Below, in pieces: positions 12,701-23,693 of a DNA stretch of 64,000 nucleotides. A program made the translations under genes and the position numbers. The DNA comes from Massalongia carnosa (Eukaryota). Positions within the stretch are counted from its first letter, which is position 1, and each line of letters opens with the position of its first letter. The stretch covers positions 2,542,001 through 2,606,000 of the forward strand of contig OZ287073.1 in the NCBI GenBank assembly GCA_965645245.1, in the 5' to 3' direction. The notes under the pieces were generated by a model, which saw nothing but the letters and a program-made list of their open reading frames with translations, had not been told where the DNA came from and did no database searches.

Positions 12701-13283
12701 TGGATCCTATGCTTCCTTCGGATGACGAAAATGATATTATTCTTACATCAGAAGCCTCGTCGGATTCGCTCGAAGATATTGACGATGTGCTTGCCAAGCA
12801 TAGTCAAAAAGCCCTACCTCAGGCAGCGCTGGCTCCATCTCTTTATAGTCTTAGCCAAAACGTGCGCGCCAGTCAAATTCTCCCTAATTCCTCGGCAACA
12901 ACGCGAAGGTCTCGGGGTGTGGCGAAGAAATCAAAGGCTCAGTTGGAGTTGGAATCTCAGCAAAGAGTCGAGAAATCAGTCAGACAGGCTAGGGCTCAAG
13001 CGAGAAAGGAAACGGCGATGAGAAAGGTGGCTAAAACCATGAAGCCTAGAAAAGATGATGTATCGCAATTGGCTGACGAGTTTTTGGAGTTGAAGTCATC
13101 GCAATCGGTAGATTTGTAGGTGTGGAATACACTTAGTCAGTAACAGCAACGTTATTAATACGTAGTGTAACTGCTAGCTTGTATGTACCCTGGATGAGTA
13201 GTAAAATGGCTGTTTACTAGTAAAGATTTACACAGGGGGGGGGGGGGGGGACGGTCGGGGGGGGACTGTCCCTAAGCATCTCG
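9787..13283 (+). mobile_element. Mutator (MULE) DNA transposon
   Basis: ~120-bp TIRs (CGAGGTGCTTAGGGACAGTCCC.../...GGGACTGTCCCTAAGCATCTCG); perfect 9-bp TSD TGGTGGCTC at 9778-9786 and 13284-13292. Confidence 0.95.
10135..13119 (+). pseudogene. MULE transposase (frameshifted; probable intron ~11418-11487)
   Basis: CPYRL...HNH FAR1-like DNA-binding region, DATFNTN, CTWH, STQRSEGLH and SWIM-like CELPLRYGLPCKC spread over several frames. Confidence 0.9.
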
Positions 13284-13525
13284 TGGTGGCTCAGGGGCCT
13301 AAGGGATAGCATGGCCTTATTAGGCCTAGTTTGGGCTAGCTCGCCGCACATAATGTAATATTAGCTACTGAGATAGAGCTTTTCTTCTAGACATTCATAT
13401 TATCAAGAGTTCACCTCTATTCACGAACCTCACTAGGTTCAACAGAATCATCACTAGATTCTAAAATTATGGTTCACGAATCAATCCAGGTAACTATCAG
13501 CTCGGCCGGATGAGCACTCAGTACT

Positions 13526-15119
13526 CTAAACATAGCTCTTCTTTTGTTTGAGTATGTCTATGAGCTCCTTGATTTGCTCTCCCAGCTCATCCTTTTCCTT
13601 CTTTAGCTAATCCATCTGCCGTTCTATCTCCTCCCTTTGCCTTTCCTCCTTCTCCTTGTTCTCCTCCATTTACCGTTCCATCTGCTGTTCCATCTCCTCC
13701 CTTTGCCTTTCCTCTTTCTCCCTTTGCCTTTCCTCCTCCTTGTTCTCTTTCCTCTGCTGCTCCATCTCCTCCCTTTGCCTTTCCTCCTTCTCCTTGTTCT
13801 CCTCCCTTTGCCGTTCCATCTGCTGAAGGAGCTTGTCCATCTGCTCCTTTTGCTCGTCGAACAGTTTTTGGGCGCTGGCAGGAAGAACGGGAGTCGCGAA
13901 ACCTTCGGCATCTCGACCCTGCGAGGGTTGTTGGAAGCCTCGCGAGTCGTCCTCCAAGTTCATCGTACCTGCAGAGAATAATAGTGTAGAGGAGACTAGG
14001 AGAGCTGCAATTGCTTTCTGAAGCCGTTTCAACAGTTTTGAAGCGTGTATCACTAGGATATTGCGAGCAAATTGTGGAGGGCCAGCAGGCTCTCCTCGTG
14101 TGCAATGTCGAAATGCCGAATATAATGGCGATAATACGTCCATTTTTCTTCTTCAACCAAGGCATAATGCCCGTAGAGGCGGGCATCTTTTTGATCGTGT
14201 GAGATAGAATAGACAACGATCTTGCCAAGCAAGCTCTCGAATTGCTTGTCCTCTCGGTACTGATTCGCCTTTTGCTCGAGCTTGAGAAGCGCCTTGACCG
14301 CCACACTGCAGCTGTGCATGTTCTGCCGGTCAAGTCCCCTGTTGCCACACTCGACCTCGCACATCAGAACGGGAAACACATTTCATCGGTTGATCGCGTC
14401 AAGTTTTCAAAGGATGTGTAGTTGGTTTATTTTTCATTTTCTGATACCGTAAAGGCGGAATGGAGGAAGCCAATGGCCAGGTCAGGTTCAGGCCGAGGTC
14501 CTGCCAGAACCCAACTCTCATGCCACTGCGCTCTAACTTGATCGGTAAAATCTTTGAAAATATTTGCTTCGTCCGTTAGATGTAGTGCTTTGATTGGCGG
14601 CAAAATCAGCGTCGTAACATCTCGGCTTACCATTGCTTCATTTGCATTCTGGCAAAGGTCGATCACCTGGAGTATTTTGTCCTCGGAATAAACAGTAGGA
14701 GAGATGGCCACGCATTCCATATTTCGAAGATCTTGGCAAGCCGCCTTGCTGTCTGGAGAAACAAGTTCTCTGCCTTTGATATAATTCATGTCCAGACCTT
14801 GTGTGAAAATGTACTTTTCGTACGATTTAGTAGATTGCTCTGGGAAATTTCCATCCTTACGGCTCTGAGAATAGCTCCGGGATTTTTCATCCTTGCTGCT
14901 TTGAGAATGATCCGACGTTCGCGGTCGTTTGTTGGGGTTGTTCGAAGACATTGCATGAGACTCTGCAAAGTTGTCGGGCCAGGTATGGTTCGCGGCCCAG
15001 TAACTGATAGGATCGTCTTTTTCTCTCTCTTTCTCTTCGCTTTCTAGGGCTTCGTGCCCTTTTTCCAGCCTCTCAAAAATGGGACTGTTTTTTTCAGGTA
15101 CAGTTTTCTGGAACTGCAT
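13526..15119 (-). pseudogene. Fungal PD-(D/E)xK-like (DUF7924-type) protein with C-terminal coiled-coil repeats; stops and frameshifts
   Basis: PEPDLAIGF...FPVLMCEVEC...DRQNMHSCSVAV...YSISHD...LYGHYA...YYRH; tail of repeated EMEQQ(M/R)..ENKE.EERQRE units. Family name recalled from the motifs, not searched. Confidence 0.6.
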
Positions 15120-15285
15120 CGTTTGCGGTGTTTGCCGTAAGGCCTTACACCTTTTCGGATAGCGATTATTGGTTTCCTCCGATCGCGGTTTTATGGAAAA
15201 AATCCTCCTCCTTTTCTTCCTAGATGATTGCTCGTGTGAGTTGCTTTTTGATGGTGATGGTAGCTGATGATGTTCTTCATTCTCC

Positions 15286-16295
15286 TGTAATGGGCTACGA
15301 GACCAGTAGGCTTATCACGAGCGACACTGATCTCGAAAGGGGAAATGCTCAGCGTGAGAGGTGGAAGATAGCTACTACGTGCTGGTCTCCGAGAGTATAT
15401 GTGATCCAAAGAACTAATGGATGTGGAAGTGCTTAGACCAACAGATCTCGTCCGAGACCCAAACGTAGGTTGTTCATAGAATAAAGACTAATTGCTAACG
15501 AATACTACAGGATTCGTTCTGGTATTTATCCTACTCACCCCAAGCCTATAGCCTTGGGAGCCTTGGAACCTTAGGAGCCTTGCAACCCACTCCTGACCTT
15601 ATCGCCTTACATCTAACCATCCCTCAGGATCCATCTACGAACTCGGCGTTCGCTGGATCATCTAGTCAGCCTCGAGCAGCCTTCTAGACCTTCCCTTGCA
15701 AGGTAGAACACTTCTACCTCCGGCTAGATCCCTCACTACATTGCTAGCCTGCCTCTAAACATAAAGTCTAGACGCCGAGGCTATGTAGCTTCATTTCGCC
15801 GTCACCACTACCAACGTAGCGGTGGAAGGTTACCTCCGACTGAATCTCTGTCTACACTGCGGACCTGCCTCTAGACACAAGGTCTAGACCACAAGGTCAT
15901 GTAGGTTCACTCAGCCGACATCACTACCAACGTAGCAATAAAGGTGGAAACTGAAGTTTACACCGGGGAGGCCGAGCTCAAGCTGCGTCCAGCTAGCCGT
16001 GCCTCCTGCTACAACTCTTGATCCATCATGAGATCGAGTAGCTCCGAGTAGGCCAGTAGATTCCATATAGAGTTCACGGCTTCTCCACAGGAGTTCGCCT
16101 TACTCCATGGCAATCTACCACCACGGCCTCGACAGGTGTTTGATCTGTAAGCAGTCTAGAACGTAGGATTCGGAGTTGTGTGGCAAGGTGGCGTCGTGTC
16201 AACCTCGACGGCTGTGCGACTAAGTACTACGGCGCTAATTAATCCCGCAACCGCCGTAGGCGATCACGTATCCTTCTAGCGCCATCCGTATTACA
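15286..16295. repeat. ~1-kb solo LTR
   Basis: TGTAAT...ATTACA; TSD TCTCC; near-identical inverted copy at 27997-29023. Confidence 0.92.
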
Positions 16296-16390
16296 TCTCC
16301 CTTGTGAAAATTTTTCTCTCTGGATCAATGGGCTGGTCCTTAATTTGAGGGACTAGATCTTCAGTCCCTTGTTACTTATTTACAGATGAC

Positions 16391-16767
16391 TGTAAGACGT
16401 ATGCTTCTACTCAGAGGGCGTGTTGGTCACGTGAATGGGGTGTCTCAATAATGTATGTTATTGATCTATGCCCTTAGAATAAGGTGGGCATCGACCTCTT
16501 TATGCTACAGACGTGTCTCCCCCTAAGACTCCCTTATCGGATAGCCCCCAGCTATCTGATTGGTCCAAATGGCTCCCGGCCCCTTTGGGCGGTTAGTGCC
16601 ATCCGACATGGGTTTCCAGCCGTCCCCCTCGCCAGCCGTCCCCCTGAGACGGCATGTGGCCGACAGCGGAATCAGCCCATTAGGGTCGGGCCGGGTTCGG
16701 CGGCCGAGTCCATGCTGATGCCCCTTTTCCGTATCCTTCTCCGTAGTCTCTATGGCAGGTCCTGACA
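16391..16767. repeat. Solo LTR
   Basis: TGTAAG...CTGACA; TSD ATGAC. Confidence 0.8.
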
Positions 16768-17222
16768 ATGACGATATTTCGTTTTGAAAGATAAAACAAC
16801 TTTTTTTCAAGGTTTATTATCGATGGACGTCTTGATTTCGATATTCATTGCTTTTTTCATAATTTTTCTCAGATCGAATCTTTAATGTTTTCTTGTAAGA
16901 TTTAGTCTCGAGTATGATTTTTTCAAATGAATAAGCATTAATCGATCAAACAGGTTCGAATTTGAGATAATTATCTTCATTTTCGTTGTTGTCGTCGACG
17001 AATATCATTAAAAAAGCGCGCGATATATTTTAAGTCGATTCTTCGAGAGTTGAATCTTCATCAGATCGCTTTTGCTTCAAGATTGTCACATGAAAGAATA
17101 TGTTAATATTAGTCTTAAATAAAACTGCGATTGAGATTGAATTATTCGTTATAAGATGCTCTTCGATAATTGAAATTGATGATACCTTTTCAGTGATATC
17201 ATCTTTCGAATTTGATTGATGA

Positions 17223-17714
17223 TGTGACGAAGGGAGTGTTACAGCGCCGCCGTATAAGGCTGATTATTACTAAGCCTGATGACTCAGCGTTGCTGAACAC
17301 AGTCATACTATAGTCAGGTCAAGCGATGACTAATGGGACGGGACAGAAGGTCTGAGCCCACGGAGGAACGTCCGCCCTAAGTTGGCATAGTTGGCAGAGT
17401 ACTGAAGAAACTCGACCTCGACTATTCCCATTGATCTATATAATATGGTGTTAGGCCCACCTAGATAGATCATCTTACAATTTAACTACTCCGTACTAAA
17501 TTGTTCTACTCTTAACCCACTACACTACTCCTAGTCCAGAGTCACTCTCACAGGGAGATAGTAAATAGATTTCTACCATTGCGCCACCTGTCCTTCCCGA
17601 CCAAAAGGCACAATACTTAGTCCGTAGACCAAGCTCTATTCTACTATAACTGGGACTCCTGCTATGTTCGCTGTAGGTCTTGCCGTCCGTACCACGCTTG
17701 GTCGAACCGTTACA
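17223..17714. repeat. ~170-bp solo LTR containing a nested solo LTR
   Basis: TGTGACG...CGTTACA; TSD GATGA; uninterrupted copies at 42957-43126 and 43222-43392. Confidence 0.88.
17237..17552. repeat. Nested solo LTR
   Basis: TGTTACAGCG...CTCACA; TSD GGGAG; interrupted copy at 41111-42907. Confidence 0.88.
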
Positions 17715-18297
17715 GATGATGAGTTTAATTTTGTTAATTAGAAACTTTTACATATAAAAATCTTTCTAGGTGACCGCCGGGTTGGGTTTGAACCCTGCCC
17801 GGGCTCCCGACCCGATCACATCGGACGTTTTTGGACATGACGCTTGTCCGATCAGTTCTCTTGACCGATCAGTTCTCTTGAAGATAATTCTTTTCTGTAG
17901 TGAGAAGAATAGTACTGTCGTCTTCGCAACGAACAGTTGTTCTCCCCTACTAAGTCAGCCTTTTCCCGCACGTCAGGTCTGTAACTATCCTCGTAGATAC
18001 AATAGATACTGAAACTGATGAGAGCACAGCTGAGTCATGATGAGCAGGCGGCGCTGTAACAATAATATTTTAATTTGACACAATTAAAAAGAAAAAAATA
18101 TTTACGTTTACTTAGCCAATTCATCTAGAAGAATTTACATAGAATACTAGAAGCATTATCGTAACTAATCGCAGCTAACCAGAACTAATATACCTTGTTG
18201 ATAATCGAAAGTAGCGTACTCGTCAGAAGGAGAAGTGGATGATTATTTTATTATTTGTGACTTCACTTTCTTCTTTCATAGTATTCTCTGGCTCACA

Positions 18298-20262
18298 ATG
18301 CCGGTGGAACTCATCATCGGAGGCATAGGTCTTGCGAGCCTGCTCTCTCTGTTCCAGACCTGCAATAGAGCGTATGATGTTTTCATCCGATCTGCAAATG
18401 ACATCGGTAAAGACGCACATCTACTAGGTGTGCATCTTGAAGTTGAGAGACGGAGGCTGCAGCTCTGGGGCAGATATTTTGGGATTTCTCAGGCGCAGGG
18501 GTGCCAATTGCTATTGAGAGAATTATACGAGACGTAGAAATTCGTTGTTGCGCGTCTCGACGCTATCAAATTGTTATTGGACGACATCGACCTAATCATG
18601 ATTCGGTACGGGGTCAGAATTTGCGAGGCTGGTCAGGATTCAAGCCCAGATCCAATGATTGGGCTTCAGGATCTAAATCTGGATGATATACGCAGCTGTG
18701 CCGCGGTGAATATTGCGGAAGTCAAACGGACGACGATGGAACGTTCGATCGTCGTCTCAACATCACGGCTAGGAAAGCTCCGTTGGGCACTGAGCGACAG
18801 CGTCAAGCTTAGGAGACTTGTTGATGACTTGCGACTGTTGAATGAGAGCCTGTGGATTGTGTTGCCCGCAAAAATGTGGATTGCGCTGGCAAAGGGTTTA
18901 CCATCTGTGGTGCTTCAGGGGATTTTGGATCAGGCAATGCTGTCAAAAATGAAGAACAAAGCGAAACGGAACAAAACAACGGAGTTGCTCGCTTCATGCG
19001 CAGATTTGAGGCGAGCTGCCTTAACCGCAGTGGTGAACGAGTCGAGTCCATCCTTTGCAAATGAATTCCTGCTACCGTCAACCAGTGTGACGGATTTGGT
19101 GAGTTTCAAGTCTGGAGATACCAAGAAAGCCGGCCAGAATAGATTCATTGCCTCAGTCGCAAGGGCGGATGGAAGCAATGAACCCGCGATTCTGGAATGG
19201 AGATATGTGGACCGATCATTAAATTTGTTGAAACTTGAGACGGTTGATTGTTCTATAGAGGGAGAAGAGCGGCTAATATACATTCAGCTGACTAAGCATA
19301 GAAATTCCCAGAACTAGGGCAGTGCAATTCAACAAAATTTCAATGACATGAAAACTATACGATCGCGCATCATGACGCTTGCTGTGGTACTTAGCTCGGA
19401 GAGATCAGCCGATTTCGGGCTTCTCAGATGCATTGGCTACTTCAAAGACACGAAGTATCTTGCAGAAAAGTCTATTGAGAGATATGGTCTTCTGTTTAGG
19501 CCTCTAGCTATGTCAAGACTACCCCAACCATCAAACGCTGCATTGCCAACATCAATATCGTCTCGCCCTTACTCTCTCCATGAGTACATAAATGGCACAA
19601 CGACGCCTCCGTTCCTGGGTGATCGGTTCCAGATTGCTACGGCTCTCTGTAATATCATTCTTCAGCTTCATGCGTCTGATTGGCTTCACAAAGCAGCCAG
19701 TTCATCAAATGTTCTTTTCAGCCTGTCACCGACTTATTCATCATCCTCAGACCTCGATCCATCCCACCCATTCCTGCTAGGTTTCGACTTCTCGCGTCCT
19801 GACCGCCCTACCACACCCTCGCTGGAGAATCCTTTGGACCGAAGCAGCAACGATTACCGCCACCCGTCCTTGTGGCCGTCTGATTCTTCTCCGACCTCAC
19901 CGCGATTCCGCAAACAGTACGGCATCTATGCGCTCGGAGTTGTGCTTCTCGAGATTGGTAACTGGAGTTTGGTTGGGGCCCAGCCAGGTAAATACAGGGA
20001 CTCAAGAAAGCCACAAGTCTGGCAAAACCGCTTACTCTTGTGTGCAGAAAGCCTTGGGTCTAGATGTGGCAGAATATATCAAGTGGTCGAAACTTGTTTG
20101 ACGGGTCGAGTCGTTGAACACGACTCGGTAGGGCAGGGTATTCGTATGAGTGAGTTTGAGGCAGAAGACTTCCCCCAAGCTTCTTTTCTGTTTGACGTTG
20201 TGTACAAGCTTGGTAGATATTTGGGTGAGATTATCAGTGTTGATGTTATACTAAAACGTTAA
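18298..20262 (+). pseudogene. HeLo (HET-S-type prion-inhibition) domain + pseudokinase, MLKL-like; one frame with two in-frame TAGs
   Basis: N-terminus MPVELIIGGIGLASLLSLFQTC...LEVERRRLQLWG...KLRWALSD..KLRRLVDDLRLLNESL. Kinase fold LRCIGYF, WLHKAASSSNVLF, LLGFDFSR, YRHP, IYALGVVLLEIG. ORFs starting 18235, 18571 and 19348 share one frame (TAG at 18535 and 19315; the second may lie in an intron). Confidence 0.85.
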
Positions 20263-20451
20263 TCTAATAGATAAGGTTAGGTAATTGATGACTGCTTGAC
20301 CAGAATAGACTAAGGGTAGTTTAGTTGATGGATGTTCATAAAACACCCACGATAGACAATAATCAAAATTATTCTCTTCAAAAATACTCGTACATGCATC
20401 AAGTGATTAATTCACTTCAACAATCTGTGCGGTTTGGCTTGCAAGGCACTT

Positions 20452-23400
20452 TCACGGGGACAATGTTTGCATTTTTCGAACCCATGGATAAGGTAAGTGC
20501 GTAGCCCAGGCATTCTTCACTGCCAGAGGAAGTGCATGCGTTGCACCTTTACTCCTCAACTGCATGCAAATATCGTTTCTTCCAGCTTCAAAACACTCCA
20601 CCAAAAATTTCTTTGAAGCCCGATTTCCCCAGAGGTATGGGGGATCCGAGACAAACAAAACATCCAAGGGGTTGGCTCCTGAGGAGTTGAGAAGATTTGG
20701 GTTTGCGCCGGCTTCCAGAAGCGCAGTTGCCATGTCTTTGCTTCCTACAAAGGCTGCAACATGAAGTGCAGTGTTGCCGTGATTATCTCTGCTGTCGATA
20801 TGGTGCTGTTTGGGAAATTGGCGCAGCAGCAGATTGATGGTCCTTCTCCTCCGAGAACAAGCAAATAGTTCCGTGTCGAGTATGTCTCCACCGGAATTTA
20901 TACCGCAGGCCATCATAAGGGCGGAGTATTTGTTGGTCTCGTCTACGATAAAGAGCAAATCCAGGGTCTCTCGGATTTATAGCAAGCTGCAGAGGTACTC
21001 TACCGGCTTCTCGCCCACAGTCGTCGACCAAGCGATAAGGTGGCCGAACAACTATAGCTCTGCAAAGGCCATGCCTGTCAGACGGCTTGAGAGTAAAGTC
21101 TGGCGCTCGGTGTTACGTAGGGGTTTTGCGAAGAAGACGATCTGCAACTGCGAAATTACAGTTAGCCACTGCCGTCATAAATGCAGTCATGCCATCCAAC
21201 TCAGTCCTGTGGTCCAGGAGAGAATGAGCACCGTGGTCGAGAAGGATACCGGCTGACTCCGCGTTATTCGAGAAAACTGATAATAGATGTAAGGTGCTCC
21301 GTTGAAACCCGTCCATACTGGTTGCGTCACCCCCGTAGTCGAGAACGATGTGTAAAATTTTAGGATCACCCCTGACTGCAGCTTCGTGAACTAGGCGATG
21401 TTCGACCCAAGCTGGATATGAGAGCGGAAGTTTTGCGTGCTTAAGGCTGCTTGGATCTGCGTCTTTTATAGTCGCCATGCTCTTGCTGAGACCGTTGAGT
21501 ACAATTTCTAGGATTTCTCTCCGACACTCAGACACAGCCTCTGAGACAGGGTATTGATAAAAAGCATCGACTTCAGCCCAATCACGGAACGGAATGGGTG
21601 TCGACAACAGTAGCTTAAGAGCCCTCTCTTGTTCTTTGGGTTTGGCATAATTATTCAGTATTCGCAGATCACTCCATAAAGTCATAACTGAAGACGCATC
21701 CTCTCTAGAAACCTTAAATTCCGGTTGTCTCGAAAACCTGTCAAGGAACTGCGATCTTCCAGGGAAGCAAGCAAATCTCACAGGCGTTACTTTATCAAGA
21801 ACAAGCATATTGATATCCGCCCCTTTTTTCAAGAGAGCGTCTACATATATCTCATTTCCCATAGCCATTGCCCAATTGAGAGGAGGCCCTTTCACATAGA
21901 AACTTTTCAACCCGCCAAGAAAACTTGGTAGCGCCCTTTCTTGAGTTACTTGCGCATTGATATCGGCACCGCGTAGGAGGAATTCTTCCAATACTCGTGT
22001 AGGGTCCGGCAATAAGCCAAGCCAATGCAGCGGAGTTTCACCGCCAGCATAAACCAAATCGACATCTACGTTAAGGTGCAGCAGTGCCAGTATTTTCTCC
22101 TCCCTCCCAACACGACAAGCCATGAGCAACGGTGTCACTCCATCGGCGTTCCGCACGTTCTTGTCGATTTTCAGGACCTAAGTGCAGTATTCTAGGACTA
22201 ATGTATCGGAGTTTTCCGATCCAGCGGTTAAATGCAATAACGTGTTTTCAAAAAACTCGTCCTGTCTTGCAGGTGATCCATCAACCATCGGGGAAAATTG
22301 CATTGACAGATCCGAGGTCGTCTCATACAAATCGCAAACGGCGTTGAATTTCGTGTTTACAAAGCTTGCCGTAGAGCCGTTGTAGACTTTACTTCTCGCC
22401 ACAGCTACTGTTCTGGCTAAGATGGGATCTAATTCTGCCAAGGCGAGGTAAGCCTCGGATGAAACGCCAGCTGCAAACAACACGGTTATTGCCAGCCATT
22501 TTCGAAAAGGTATTTGAAGGGAAAGATCTCGATTTATAAACAACGAGTGTCGGCAGAGCCAAACACAGCAGTAATGACTTCCGGACATGGCAGCATCTTC
22601 GAGGAACTTAAAAGCACGAGCAATATCTCTCTTGGTGCCGAATCCTGAGATAGTGGTCAAAAAGAGTTGGTAGGCCGCCTCACCCTTTCGAAGAACGGCT
22701 TTGGATGAAGTAAGATGTAGAGCTCGTGGAACTGCTGATTTGATAAGTGCTGAATTGGGTTGTGATGGCTGTGTTAAGCAAGTGTGTTTCAAACTTTCGC
22801 TACATTGCTGTAACTCCTTAATCAAACCGTCAGGCGTCAATCGATGCGGATCCATGTCTATTTTACTCAAAGAATTACACTCGAGGCACTGGTGAAGATG
22901 TTGAGTTCCGTTGTCATCTTCGTTTATGGTTAGGAGTTCCTGAGTTAATCGAGAACGCGTGGCTGAGTTGAGCGGATGTTCACGCCCCATGGTAAAGAGG
23001 GGTATCTATTTTAAGCGTCAAAATCGCCAATCATAAGGAGACAATGAGACCACGTTTTTAGTTTTAAAAAAGTTCACCATAACATACACCAAAGAATGAG
23101 GTCACTCACGAAGTTGGGAACTACACTTTTCGAAGTTGTAGATGAGAAGAAGGAAAAGATATTTAGAAGATCCGGCTCTTCCTTTTCTTCCCCTGACGAT
23201 TCCGAATTGCTGCTACGATGGTGACTTGATAGTTGCTCGATAACATTTAAATATTCGTTCTGTGATTGCAGACGGACAGGATCTGATTCGAGATCCAATT
23301 CGCGGTCTCGAATCATACGGGCATTTTGCGATAGGAACGGTACAATCTCGAGTGTGGATTTTTCTATAGCCTCTAGCCTTTTTATGGGGTCTTTCAGCAA

Positions 23401-23680
23401 AAGGCTCGCTAGTAAACGACTAAGGGGCAATGAGTTTTCTGACGCAGTGCTGTCACCAAGGAGAGCGGAAAGACAATCGGTGTCTTTCAGAAACTACATC
23501 GCTAACAGTATTTCTTCCTGAGACTATTCCGTCGGTATGATTTCTCATTCGTCCATTGGGTTTCTGCCATCTATCGAGAGGCGCAACAATAGCAGTCCAA
23601 AGGAATACCAGTCGGTTGCGGCAATTGCATCGACATCTTCGAAATAGTCCGGGCACTGGCCGCCTCTAAAACGTCAGATT
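20452..23680 (-). pseudogene. Protein kinase (C-lobe only retained) - Sel1-like repeat - multiple ankyrin repeats; 5' end replaced by a Copia
   Basis: ATDWYSFGLLLLRLSIDGRNP (subdomain IX, ~23560-23620) and LLLKDPIKRL (XI). Sel1-like AAYQLFLTTISGFGTKRDIARAFKFLEDAAMSG. Ankyrins GVTPLLMAC, GETPLHW, GNTALHVAA and others. GT-AG intron ~23007-23077. Several in-frame stops. Confidence 0.8.
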
Positions 23681-23693
23681 AATCTCAAAACCC

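Larger units (their letters stand above)
9748..13444. repeat. Short solo LTR (~190 bp) split by the Mutator insertion
   Basis: TGTGAACCTA...TAGGTTCAACA termini; TSD GAATC at 9743-9747 and 13445-13449. Confidence 0.7.

Noticed and set aside
18535..19317. Programmed TAG readthrough or A-to-I stop editing in the HeLo gene
   Set aside because: Cannot be excluded, but similar stops and frameshifts affect neighbouring genes and TEs, so mutation is the simpler explanation.
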